A stretch of DNA of 64,000 nt from Gonapodya sp. JEL0774 (GCA_027604505.1 JADIIX010000064.1:62001-126000); one strand, 5' to 3'. Shown: positions 49,676-62,603, counted from the stretch's first letter. The notes: generated by a model not told the origin, from the sequence alone. A program made the numbers and translations.

Positions 49676-50791
49676 ATGCTTCCAAAGACCAAACAAACTT
49701 CCTCTTATGCTCCATCCGCAATCATCTCATCATCGCAGGGCTTCATACCCCAGGACCCGTTTGATGAGTCTGTGTATCGCATCATTCCCGTTGAACACAG
49801 GGTGCCTCCCAAGCCCCCACTCTATCATTCAAAGTACTCGAATGAAGTGCGGGAGAAGTTCAAGATACCAAAGAAGCCACATGCAATCATGGGACCGGAC
49901 AGACCCGAGGGCGCCGCGCTCTCACCGGACAACTTTTTGAGGAAGGGAGAAGGAGAGCGACGATTGGATGTGAAGGCAGGTGAGATCCACCTTACTTAGT
50001 CGCATCATGGAGTGTTGCTAGAGTAACTCAATCTCGATCCCTCTGAAATGCGTAATTGGCCACTTCCGACACAATAGCGTCCGGCAAAGGGGACCGCGAC
50101 CGGACAATTCGAAAGGCACCTCTTCCAAACGAGGATGGAAGAGTAGCAAGCGCAGCCAACAAGGACTTCGTCAAGCTTAACGCTCTTGACAACATCAACT
50201 CAGGTTCGCTGGCAATAGTGCATGTTATGCTCCAGAAGTGCATTCACACCCTCAACCGAACTATCAAGCACCGAAGAAGGTCCCAGTTCCTGCCCAACGA
50301 TACGTAAACAAGCAAGACTATGGACGGAATCCTGAGTATCTTAGTAAGAGGAAGAAGGAAGCAGAGATTGCCCAGAAGGTGCCTATGACAAAACTCCATT
50401 TCGGATCTGACAACTTGTGGGCACCAAAACCGTCCTTGAACCTAATTAATATTTCAGATGCTTTCCGAAGCTCGCGCCCACCAGCAGCACCAAGAAGTGC
50501 TCAGCACGGGACTGATGCCCCTCCCCGAGGAAGAACGTATCAAAATTCTCGATGGTCTCAAAATGAACTGGAGCAAGCTCAACGAAGAATACGGCAAATT
50601 GAGTTTAACTGTGGATACTATCCCCAAAATTACTAGGTACATGCTCCCTGGTGAGAACTGGCAGATCTGACCTGACAAACACCACATGTTTTAGAAAAGT
50701 ATCCATCGAGCAACGATTGAAACGTCTAGAAACAGACATTGCCAAATTCTCACATGCAAATATTCTCGTCGACGTTTCCGGCGGGCGATGA
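49676..50791 (+). CDS. ENKUR: Enkurin (axonemal microtubule inner protein)
   Basis: ESVYRIIP..PPKPPLYHSKY, MGP, PDNFLRK, KDFVKLNA, YVNKQDYGRNPEYLSKRK, LPEEERIKILDGLKMNW, DTIPKITRK..LETDI. Confidence 0.85.
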
Positions 50792-51433
50792 TAGTATTAG
50801 GTTATGTTAGTTTTAAACGATATTTGTTCAACAGTACCGTTTATCCTCCTTATTTTTCTCCGAATTCAATTTATGGCGATGGCGTCGGTATTGCATTTGC
50901 GTCGTAATTATAAATTAGCTTGTTCAATGATGATGATGAATACAATAATATCTTTGAAACCCACTTTCCAACACATTCAGAAGCAGAAGATGTCATCTCG
51001 AACATCTCAAAAGCGCTCGTAAGCTGCTTCGCACTGTCATCTGCTCGTCCTGCATATCTCACGATCGTCCTCCCAGGAAAATTGACTGGTGCGCTGTTAG
51101 CAAGGTATAATTTCATTTGGATCATGCAACGCAATCGCGCTTCATTCCTTTCTAATACTCCCCCTCACTTAGACTGTCTTGTTTTTGGTAATAGCAGCAT
51201 GGATTCTCTTGGTTCTGTACCTCGCATTTGAGGTCGGTCAATACAAACCACTCCGGAGTGATCACTCCAGTTGATGGGATCTTACAATTCAGGCTATTGC
51301 CAGCGACACATTCTTTCAGTCTTTTCTTGTATTACTGTGTAATTTATATCGTATGGTCCGTGTTGGAACAAGCTGTTGCGATATGTGATGATCTACACAC
51401 TCCCAGTATCCACATACCCTTACTTCTCCGCCG

Positions 51434-52478
51434 ATGGCCGCTGCAGCCACGGGTCCGAAAAACTATGCAAAAATTGGCGAGGACTTATGGAAGTCGAGGG
51501 TCGACAAGATTGTGGGTCCCCGTTAGGTGTGGAAGAAGAACAGCGCTCATGTCTTCACTTCATCTTTCAAAATAACTTGGCTTCTCTCACTCATCTTGGC
51601 CACAAATAACGCTTATCGTTTCATGGATTGACCGATGAACATCCGATATGGCTACAAAATGGGCGCATTCTCCTCATTTTCGACTGTCCCGCCATATCAC
51701 ATAACCCAGTCTGCAGAGCTCTTCACGCTCACCTACGGCTCCCTGGTAGCACAGCTCATGCGCGATCACCAGGACTATTCTGAAGTTAATCGACAATTGG
51801 AAAAGATGGGTTACAACATCGGCACCCGCTTGGTGGAAGATTTTGTCGCAAAGAGCGGCCTTGGAAGATGCCAGGATATGCGAGAAGCGGGCGAGGTGAT
51901 AGCCAAGGTGGGTGAGAGTGGGGAATGGGAATACCAAATGGAAGAGAACACTGGAGTCGCGATGTGGGAGTTGTGCAAGGCGATACCCTCAGTTCCAGGG
52001 AGCATTTCCCACTATCCTTCGACCATCCAATTACAGCATTGCTTTTCTTTTAACTTTCTTGCACGCTTTCTAGGTGGCCTTTAAGGCATTCTTGAATATA
52101 TCACCCTCGGTAACACAACCCACTGCCGACGTTCGGGAGGTTTCCCTCGTGTTTGATGAGAATCCGCTTGCAGACTACGTGGAGCTTCCTCAAGATGCGA
52201 TGGGGGAACTTTGGTACTCGAATATTCTATGCGGGGTTGTGAGGGGAGCGTGTGAGATGGTAGGTGAACGTCGAATGGCGCTAAGAAGATCGGGTGCTCA
52301 CTATGTTCACCTCCATCGTCCTGTTTGCATTATTGTGATTGTGATGTCGTGCTGGTAGCTGCAATTGGGTGTCACCGCAAATTTTGTTTCTGATAACCTG
52401 AGGGGAGATGATGTGACAGAGATGCGAGTTAAATTAGTTCGGATATTAGAAGAAGAGATGCCACAGGGAGAAGATTAA
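51434..52478 (+). CDS. BET3: TRAPP complex subunit Bet3/TRAPPC3
   Basis: [77 protein letters not shown]...PQGED*. Confidence 0.95.
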
Positions 52479-52575
52479 ACTGCGAGTATGTATTTTAAGT
52501 TCCCATCGTTTCTGAGTGCTGAATACCGAGTCACCCCGACTGATGAGATCCAACTCGTCGTAACCTGCATAACTC

Positions 52576-55500
52576 ATGAGTTCAGACGGAGACCAGATGG
52601 ACACAGAGAGCTCAACGTTGTCATCTAGTGGGAAAAGAAAGAGGACAAACTCGACCCCTAATGACCTCTCCGCCAGAAAGAAAGAATTGAGACGAAACTC
52701 TCACCAAGACAGCGAAATGCAGGAGGAGGAAGACAATGCCAGCATAATGGCGATCTCATCGGTGCATTACCCTCATGCGCATCAACCGAAATGGCAGTCC
52801 ACCATTGAAATGCGGGTCAAATCGGTGGTATCTGTGAGATTTTCTCAGACGATGGCGTTCGGTGGGTGGAACCCGTGACGAGGTGCTTTTATGGTATGAA
52901 ATCCATTCCGTTTAAACGCTCTTACCTTGTCACAGATACCGAGGGCCCTGATACGAGCGAAGCTTCTGGTTTCGTGGTGGATGCATCGTTGGGAATCATT
53001 CTCACGAACCGGCATGGTGCGTTACCTGTGAATGGGGACTGCTCTGAAGCTTGTAATGCGCTGGAAACCAACTATGCAGTCCGTTCTAGTGGCGTGCGCA
53101 GGACCTTTCGTGGGTGAGGTCATCTTCCATAACCATGAGGAAGTCCCGGTACGTGAGAGGTTCTCTAGCTTCCATCAAACCGATTCTCTGTCAGTTTCAA
53201 TGTTTTCAATAATATGCTGACCTTTAATTGCTCTCGTATAGGTCCATCCCATATACAGGGATCCTATACATGACTTGTTCGTTTTGTCCTTGTCGCCCGG
53301 ACGTCAAACTTCTGACTCTGCTCTTATGATTCAGTGGATTTCTCCGATACGACCCTTCAAAAATTCGTCATATGGAGGTCGAATCTATTCCATTGAGACC
53401 CGACTTGGCGCGTGTGGGCCTGGATATCCGGGTTGTAGGCAATGATGCAGGAGAAGTAAGTCTGACTGTTTTTGTGTCAAAGACATGAAACTGCAAACCA
53501 AAAAGGAATGATTCGATAGAAACTCTCAATTCTTGCCGGGTCGATCTCTCGATTAGATAGAAATGCTCCAGAATATGGTGATCTCACTTACAACGACTTC
53601 AACACATTTTATCTCCAGTCGGCATCAAGTACCAGTGGAGGTTCGCCTTGCCTTGTTCGTTTACAGTGCATTGTGTTGTTTTCATATACTATCACCTACG
53701 TATTAGGTAGTTCGGGTTCCCCGGTCTTAGATATCGATGGTAATGCTGTTGCATTGCAGGCAGGTACGTAAATCTTCGTCACACGCTTAGTTCCAATAAC
53801 TTCTCATGTATTATTGTACAACAGGTGGGCACACGAAGGCGGCAACCGATTTCTTCTTCCCACTCGGACGTGTCGCGCGTGCGTTGGAGATTTTGAAGAA
53901 GCGGCAAATCCCATCTCGAGGATCTATCCAGACTCAGTTCATGTAAAATGCCTTCCTAGACAAGCGTTATGTTTCTGCAACTCATGATTGTCCATTAGGT
54001 ATCGACCATTCGATGAAGTCCGGCGTCTCGGTACAAGGGAATCAACTGAAGCATTGGTGCGCTCCCTCCACCCGACTGAAGTGGGCATGCTTGTCGCCGA
54101 GGCGGTTCTGCCGCTCGGTCCGGCTGCAGGAAAGCTGGAGGAAGGGGACGTCCTAACTGGTGTCAACGGTAAAGTTATTACCAAATTTGAGGAGCTTGAA
54201 GAGCTGCTGGACGAAAATGTTGGGCGAGAAATCGCCATAAAGATTGAAAGAGGAGGCGAGGAGATCGAAGAGGTCATTGTGGTGCAAGATTTACATTCAA
54301 TGTGAGTTTTGATTCTTCCATCTCATGGAGCTCCTTGACATTTCTGTTTCTTTGATTCTTTCTCAGCACACCTGATCGTCTTGTAGAAATTGGTGGTGGC
54401 AAGGTGAACGACCTTTCGTACCAGCTTGCCAGGCAGTATGACGTTGCTGTACAAGGTGTTTTTGTCTCGGACCCCGCTGGCATGCTTCGATTGGATGGTT
54501 AGTATTAACTCTGTTAAGTCAAGGAAGCATCTATATTTGAATATGTTTTGAGAGTGGATTCATGGTCAACAGGCCCCGACAATGGATGGATCGTCACCTC
54601 CGTCGATGTAAGTGCATTCCGGCACTTACCATTATCTTAAGTAACCAGCTGTTGTCACTTCAAGTCCAAACCCACACCGAACTTGGATGCCTTTGTAGAG
54701 GCTATTGCCGCGGTTCCAGACCGGGAACGAATTCCCATTACTTTTTATTCTATCGCTGATGTCCATTCTCAGTCTGTCAATGTCGTGACTGTTGAGCGGC
54801 ATTGGACTGGATTTCGAGAGTGGCGACGAAACGGTGAGTCAGATACCAAACGTCTCACCTCGACGTACCCTTTCGCATTTATGTTGCCACTTCGTGAAGA
54901 TGCAAGCGGGCTGTGGATTCCACGATCTCTCGCACCACCACTCCCCGCCAAACCTCTCGAACCACGCACAGCGACATTCGCGTTTCCTGAAGATGTCGTC
55001 GGTCCAACAAAGGAGCTTCTGCGCTGCATGGTCCGATTGTCGTATTACATGCCTGTCAGGTTAGATGGGTTTCCGAAAACACGAGTAAGTTGTGTTCGAT
55101 TTCGATCGGCTGGTTTTCCGATTCAAAGTCTCAATTCGTACCCTCCGTGTGATAGAAAACCGGCGCAGGGCTGATAGTGGATGCAGAGAATGGTATCATT
55201 GTCGTTGGCAGGAATGTCGTCCCATTTGCATTGGGTGACATTTCCATTACAGTGGCAGGTGCGAAGTGACCAACAGTAATATTACATCCCGAAGCACTCA
55301 ACCAAGAATCATGTTGGTGCATAGACTCTGTCGTTATACCCGGCAAAGTTATCTTTCTTCACCCCACCCAAAACATATCAGTTGTAAAGTATGACCCAAA
55401 GCACTTGGGTAACACCCCAGTAATGTCTGCACCAATCAGTACCACAGAACTCACACAAGGGCAAACGACTAACCTTGTTGCATTTAACCACAACCACCGA

Positions 55501-56914
55501 CCAATTTTTGTCGAGACGATTGTTTGTACCTCCTTTTTCTTTCACATCATACTGGTTGTGATGTTGATTGTCGTTGTTTGTCCTTCAGGTCACCGACATC
55601 AGCGCTGTGACAATCCCACAGTCTTCTTCTCCTAGATTCCGATCTATTAACTTTGACGCAATCACCGTGGATACGCCATTGGGGCAGCAATGTGGTTCTG
55701 GACTATTAGCAGATGCTAGTGGGAAAGTTCAAGGGCTCTGGCTCTCATACTTAGGCGAGCGAACGCATAACGGACAGGATACCGAATGTACGATTGCCGA
55801 TCCGCTGTTTTGTATCCTACGAGCCGTCCCATAGTTTCGCTCTCGGCAGATCATTTGGGGCTTTCGATATCCGCGATCAAGCCCTTAATTCCTTTCTTCT
55901 CCCGGGGAGAGATCCCAGTTTTGCGAGGTCTTTCGATGGAGGTCAACACCCTTCAACTGTCGCAAGCTCGTCATATGGGGCTTACAGATGACTGGGTGGC
56001 CCGTGTTGAAGAGGCCAACTCCCAGAGACGACAGGTGTTTCTCGTTCGTCGATGTCAGACCGGAACTCCAACGGCCTCGGTGTTGAAAGATTTAGACTTG
56101 CTTTTGGCTATTGAAGGCAAAACAGTGACCAGGACATCGGAGCTCGATCTCGGGCCGAACTTTCTAAATGATTCATTGGAAGTGGTGTGTACGAGTCCCA
56201 TATTTGGACCATCACGCGACTCGATGCTGATTGCGCTGATTTGATGTACCGTTAGACCATTGTCCGCAAAAAGCAAATTATGACGCTACAAGTCCCTACG
56301 ACGATTATGGATACTGTAGGAACTACTAGAGTCGTGTTCTGGGCTGGTGCCGTGCTGCATGGACCACACTCTGCAGTGCTTCTGCAGAGCAAACACTTAC
56401 CCTCTGAGATATATGTGTCAGGGCGATCCAAAGGGTCGCCAGCGTACATGTATGGACTCCAACCGACAACTTGGATTACAGGAGTCAATGGAACTAAAGT
56501 TACGACCCTGGATGAGCTCGTTGCCGTGATCAGAAATCTTGAAGAGGGCTCGTACGTGCGAGTCAAAACAATGAGTTTTGATCAGGTCAGTAGGTTGACC
56601 TTTACAACAGAAGCTGTGTCGATTCCACGCTTTGGGGTGACAGGGGTTATAAGTCTCGTCCGTGCTGAAACTTAGCGGCTTCCTCCTCTCAGGTTCCCGT
56701 TGTCCTTTCTCTAAAAATGAACTTCCACTATTTTCCTTCTGCCGATTGGAAAAGGGACGACACAGAAGACTGTGGTGAGGATCTGTCAGTTTATGCTATG
56801 CTTATCCCGCCTTTGATAACGTGTGGTTACCTAGGCTGGAAAAAAACTTCTTTAAATACCGTAGTTGGCGCGGACGGAACAATGAGCGGTGGTGCAATAG
56901 ATCCATTTTGCTGA
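52576..56914 (+). CDS. NMA111: HtrA-like serine protease Nma111/Ynm3 (duplicated protease and PDZ domains), many exons
   Basis: [68 protein letters not shown]; basic NLS near the N-terminus. Confidence 0.93.
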
Positions 56915-57175
56915 AACATAGTATTCCTTGCATATTCATCCGCTCCCCCGTCTTAGAGGCAGGGCCGCATTTCGAAGCTACGATTAGAAAAGCTACGATT
57001 AGAAAATTGAATAGTTGATTGCTTGAACTGGCGATGTCTCGTGTGTCCGAACTGTGGTCAGCGTGCTATGAAAAGGAATCGGAAGCAGAGTTGATCAGGC
57101 AATTCAGAAACGAATCACTCAACCACCCATCACACAGTGTCAGTAAATCGATGACTTCTAGTGAAGAAACGCATA

Positions 57176-58052
57176 ATGGAGTTGGAGTGTATGGCAGCGG
57201 GGAGTGAGTATGAACAATCAGTGGCATCAATGGTTCTTGGTGACAGATTCATTTTGCTCCCCCGTGGCCCTGTCGCCCACCACCCACTTAGTCCCAACAC
57301 TGTTTCTGCATTCGACCCTGAACCCGACTCTCCTCCTCCTAATCCACCACTCCATCCGCTTCCGACATCACTCCCTGCCCGTCTCACTCCAAAGGACGAG
57401 CTTGTGGCTCCTAACCCTCGCTGTGTATTTTGTGGGATTGTTGGTGGAAAAATACCAGCTTACAAATTGTACGAGGATGAATATTGCTTAGCTGTGAGTG
57501 AAACTCTTGCAGCAGTCACAAGCACGCGGTTTTGAGCTCATTCGATAGTGGTGATCTTGATGAACCTTTCTCAAGTTTTTGGTGAGTCTGTGAATTGAAG
57601 CTGCTGTGATTTGGGCTTGCCTTCCGGTAACACTTGGAGAATCTTATAGGACCATATGCCTTTGTCGGATTGTCACGTCCTTGTCATACCCCGGCACCAC
57701 TATGAAGGGCTTCGAGACCTACCTGATGCCATAGCTGGTCACATTGGCAGTGTTCTGCCAAAGCTATCGCGCGCTGTGTCCAAGGCTACTGGAAAGAAGG
57801 ATTTCAACCTGCTCCAGAACAATGGAGCTTCAGCCGGGCAGGTTCGTGGGCTTCCTTGTGGTGGTTTTCTACTCACGGTTTCCGTTCTCAACCGTATTGT
57901 CACCTTGTAAGGTGGTTTTTCACGCTCACTTCCACATCATTCCACGAGAGCCGGTAGATACTGGGAGATTCCGAAGAGGAATGATCCCTCGGCGAAAAAT
58001 CAAGCGAGAGGATGCCGAGCACTGGCAGAAAAAGGTCAAAGCAAATCTTTGA
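57176..58052 (+). CDS. HIT-family (Hint/Hnt1-like) nucleotide hydrolase; start codon uncertain
   Basis: CVFCGIV, AFLD (via a 6-nt exon), HVLVIPRHH, QNNGASAGQVVFHAHFHIIPR (histidine triad). Confidence 0.9.
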
Positions 58053-58560
58053 CCCGTTACTCTACCATTTTAAAGCAAGTGGATCATAAATTTAATTATG
58101 TACGGCAATGGGACTGTTTTGTGAAAGATAAAGTCATTTTAGTACACAAGAACGATGGAGCTCTCTCCCCCTTTCTCCTCTCTTACAGCTCCAATGGTGT
58201 GGCCCGTGGTTCCGGGTTCCGCAATCGTCCCCAGTCTCTTATCCAACCCCCCCGCTGCTCACTTGGAAATGGCCATTCACGGGGTCAGCACCTGAAAGCT
58301 TGGTGTGAGGACTGGTGTGAGGACTGAATTGTAACTATGGGTACGTAACCTTTGTAGTTTGAAACCAGAAATAAATCAAACACTCCTTGTGCTCTACCTG
58401 GCTTCTCAAAACATTTTCCACCTACGCGGTGCCCAGTTCACACAGTTCACAGATGTGAGACCGCAGCCACAGTCACAATTGTGTGTCTTCGGAATCGACG
58501 GGTGCGAAATTCCGACACATCATACAACCCATTCCATTCAGCGAACTCGTTCCAATATCG

Positions 58561-60111
58561 ATGGCTGCTGTAATCCCCATCCCGGAGCGGTACCAAAACA
58601 TCTCGACTCTCCAGGTCGGCGGACTTCGTAAGATCATGGCTGAAGCAGCATTCTGACGCCCCCACGTTCCCCATTGTGCTCTCAACTTTAGGTCGAGTTT
58701 GCTGCGGAATATGTCCTCCATGTTAAACTGTGGGTACTTCCTGTCCAGACACTCTGTTTCGGGGTTTCACGAGATTGAATCGTTGTCCTGCGGTCGTTTC
58801 AGAAACCGCCCGGACAGCCTCAATTCCTTTAATCCACAGTGAGCTCTATTGTGATGTGTCTATCCGTGGCTACGTTCTGATTGAGAAAGTTGGTCGCATC
58901 GCGAATAGGATGTGGAAGGATATCGCTTACGTCTTTGAAACGATTGGTACGTTTCCTAAACATAGCTGTTTCGTCAGAAATACCCTCCTGAGCATTTGCC
59001 TTTAGCTGAGGATGGGGATGTCAGGGCTGTAGTCTTGAGCGCGAATGGTCGGATTTTCAGCGCTGGTCTGGATATCAGTGAGTTGTTCACTTTCAAGCAA
59101 ACTGAGTTTCTGCAATGCGCTTTAACTGTTGGTGACTCTTTTTCACAGAGGCCACCCCGTTTAACGCTCGCGCTGCTCCTGTTGATTCGGCGAGAGCTGC
59201 GTACCGGGGTCGCAGACGGTACCTCTCTGACATTATCGGAACTCTCCACACAGCCACCACGTGCGGCAGTACGTTGAGTTTCACTTTGAACGTTTTCTTC
59301 ACTCTCTGATGGCGAGGATCTTTTCGCGTAGAACCTGTCATTGCTGTCGTTCACGGAACCTGTGTTGGTGCAGGGTTGGAGGTGCGTTCTGTTGAAGGTT
59401 GGACGACCTGCAAGGGGAACTAAAGCTGATGTTACATTTTGTTTGCAACAGTTTATTTCCGCTTGTGACGTGCGTTACTGTGTCAAAGATACACGGTTCA
59501 CCCTCAAGGAAGTGGACGTGGGCATTCCCGCAGACGGTGGAAGCTTGCAGAGGCTTCCAAAGGTGAGCCCCCCCGTTATGTGCATGATTGTGATTATTCG
59601 CTCCGACGAGACAAACCCAACTTCGCACTCTGCAGATTTCGGGCAACGACTCCTTCATCCGTGAGATTGTGTTCTCTGCCCGCTTCTTTAGTGCAGAAGA
59701 GGCCCTGCAGTTCGGTGTAGTAAGCAAGGTTTGCGACACCAAAGATGCTGCGCTCAGTGAGTCTATCGGCGCGAGTTCTGCGTTTTCCATCTTCACTCAC
59801 TCATTGTGTGCGAAACTGCCACAGCGGCCGCTCTCGATCTCGCGAAGCTTATCGCGTCCAAATCCCCGACTGCCGTCTCTGGTTCCAAAGAGGTGATGAA
59901 CTACTCTCGAGGCAGACCTCTCGAGGACGGTTTTCTGTACGGTGCAACGTTGAGCGGCTTTGCCAACTTGTCTGCGGTGGGTTTCGCTCCATGTTTTATA
60001 GCCACTTTCGAAGGTGGCACGATTCTTATCGTCTCCTGATCTCCGCAGGATATGGCCATTGCCGCAAATGCCGCCGCGAAGAAAGTAGTCCCCAAGTTTG
60101 CAAAGCTGTAA
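58561..60111 (+). CDS. ECH1: Peroxisomal delta3,5-delta2,4-dienoyl-CoA isomerase (crotonase family, ECH1-like)
   Basis: LNRPDSLN, FSAGLDI, KPVIAVVHGTCVGAG, ACDVRY, KEVDVGIPADGGSLQRLPKI, KSPTAVSGSKEVMNYSR; C-terminal PTS1 AKL*. Confidence 0.85.
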
Positions 60112-60215
60112 TTTTAGTTTTATTACGAACAAAGCGACCCTCTGAATTTGAGACCGTCCAAAACAAAACATTAACCCTGGATGCAATCTGTCGACGCTCC
60201 CAACCATCAGTTTTC

Positions 60216-61393
60216 TCACGCAGCTGTAACATTAAACCTCACGACCGACCCCTGTGAGTACGCACTCCACCCACACATGGCAAACGGGAATCGCACAAAA
60301 ACCTACCCTGCATCCACAAAGTGGATCCCCCCGTGACTGCTCGTCCCGCCTCGCTGATCAAGAACACCGCCATGGCACCCACATCATCCTGATCCGCGGC
60401 GACAGGCATAGGCAGCTTGTCCTTGTACTGCTGGTGACTCTCTGCGAAACCGGGTATCCCACTTGCAGCGTGGGTGGCGATCCCGCCAGGGGATACGGCG
60501 TTCACGCGGATACGCTTGGGACCGAGTTCGACGGCGAGGTACTTGGTGGTGTATTCGAGGGCGGCTGTGGAATGGTGGGTGAAGAGATGAGAGGTGCAAT
60601 CGAGTTGGTGATCGTTGTTCGGGTGTGTGCATGTGCATCGCCCGCTCACCTTAACGGGCCCCATGATACCGTAGTTCTTGTGTACGGCTGTCGAGCCGTA
60701 GTGTGTTAACGTGATGATGCATCCTCCATCTGCCATGAGCGGCTCCGCAAGCTTGGTCATCCGAATCAGCGAGTGGCACGAAACATCCATGGCGTCTGCA
60801 CGTTGGTAGGCACAACACACCTCAATCTCACACAGCTTAAAACACCCTCTCCACCCGTATCCAACTCACACAGAAACCCCTTGGCCGAACTATCCACCAC
60901 CCTGCCCATCAAATCCTCCTTGGGCGCGTACGCCAGCGAGTGCATCACGAAGTCCAGTTTTCCCCACGCATCTTTGACGGCTGCAAAAACGGCTTCCAGC
61001 TCGCCCTCGTGGGTGACGTCGCACGGCAGGATGATGGGGCTGTGGAAAGGTCGGGAGGGAGTGGTGGGTTGAATGTCGGGACGACCGTGATTGGCGGTGT
61101 GTGGCAGGTGTACCTTTGGATTTGCTCGTACAGCGGCCGAACGAACTTTTCAGCCTTGGCGTTGAGAAAGGTCGTGGCGACCTCCGCACCCTGGTTGCGA
61201 CAGGCTTTGGCGATCCCCCATGCTGGATCCACATTTGAAATGACGGCGGGGGCAAGGAAATGGATTAGTGGGGTGAGCCATATGGCACGAGAGTTTACCA
61301 GTTATGCCTCCCCAGACACGAACCAACGGATTGATCGTTCGCGATTCCGGCGATGAGACCGCGTTTGCCTTTGAGTGAGAAGAGGTTGGTCAT
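60216..61393 (-). CDS. fabI: Bacterial-type enoyl-ACP reductase FabI (SDR family) with 5 spliceosomal introns; apparent -1 frameshift near the 3' end
   Basis: GKRGLIAGIANDQSVAWGIA, PCDV, WGKLDFVMHSLAYAPKEDL, AMDVSCHS, catalytic YGIMGPVK, ELGPKRIRVNAVSPG, AASGI. The motif GIHFVDAG is reached only after a shift at the G6 run (60327-60332). Confidence 0.88.
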
Positions 61394-61532
61394 ACTTTCT
61401 GTGGGAAAGCTTGAGGCGTTTGTGGTTGACGACGCAGGAAGATGCGTGTTGTCACAAGTGATGACGTCATATCTTTGTTGAAACAACCCCCACTTTCACC
61501 GAGTTACTATCGATTATTTTTTGTTTTTTCCA

Positions 61533-62603
61533 TCACACCCCTTCCACTTCCCACTTGAAATACTCCACCTCCATGCCGCCCTCGATCGGACTGCACGCCA
61601 TCACGCCGATCATCATGGGCGATTTCCCGGACGTGTGGTCGTGATGGGAGTCTTCGAGGAGGTGGCAGATGCGCTGGTGACGGGAGCGAGGGGGGTTGGA
61701 GGGTGCGGGGAAGGGTGGGTGATGGGCATCGGACAAGTGTCAGGAGAGAGGCAAGAGGGGAAAGTACGTACCAGCTGGATCCACTTTTCCTCGTCTCGGG
61801 AAAATGATACTACATAAGGAAGGGCGAACGTGAATGAAAATTCCCAAGCGACATGGAATGAAAACGGAAGCACGTGCTCCATCACCCGCACTTCCCAACC
61901 CACCGGTGTAATCCCCACCCTTTCTCTCGACCCTATAAAACCCCTCCCTGACCGAATTATCGTAATCAAACGTGGACCAATCCGAAAACCCCGAGTTGGT
62001 GGCCACGGCGCCGATGCGGGCGTGCTCGGTGGGACTTTCGAACTCGATGCAGGACTTGAGCCAGCAGGACGGCGACGCGCGGATGAGGATGCCGGCTTGG
62101 TCGTATTGGGATTTAGGGTGCCAGCGGACCCCGACTGATGGGATGGAGGTGGATGATGGAGGGTGAGTCTGGAGCTGAACACTTGTCGCAGCATTGTTTG
62201 GACATACCGGTCATGAGATAATCGCGATTGGCAGGCGGCGAGAAGTGGAGGAAATGGCCATTATCGTGTTGGAAGTTGTAGTGTGTTCTTTTTGGGGGTT
62301 GGGAGAACGAGCGGAGCGTCAAAGGTTTATTTACGTAAACCTCTGCGCGGCAGTCGACAAGTCCACAACCTCGCTCTCACTGTCCTTCCTCCCGACTCAC
62401 GTTCTGCCCTCCCGCCCATCTCGACCACCCCCGACCCAGACCAATTCACCTCACCTCTGCCAAAAATCGGTCCCCTTGTCCGTGACGAGCTTCAAACTCT
62501 TGCTCTGCGTGTCGACAGACCAGGTTTCGGGCGGGTTCGACCACGTGAGTTGGGACGGATCGATCGGGGCCGCGAAGGGGTCGGTGAGGAAAAGACCAGC
62601 CAT
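61533..62603 (-). CDS. DUF1349 (Ree1-like, ConA/lectin-fold) protein, multi-exon
   Basis: WSNPP, TDFWQRTHYNFQHDNGHF, YDQAGILI, WLKSCIEF, AVATNSGFSDWS, IGVMACSP. Confidence 0.82.

Noticed and set aside
50800..51400. ORF 50920..51231 between enkurin and BET3
   Set aside because: Non-ATG start, AT-rich, and no family motif; cannot be supported.
56975..57004. 15-bp direct duplication AAGCTACGATTAGAA x2 (also a 12-bp duplication near 58311-58326)
   Set aside because: Adjacent two-copy slippage duplications with no intervening element; at most an excision footprint, which cannot be supported.
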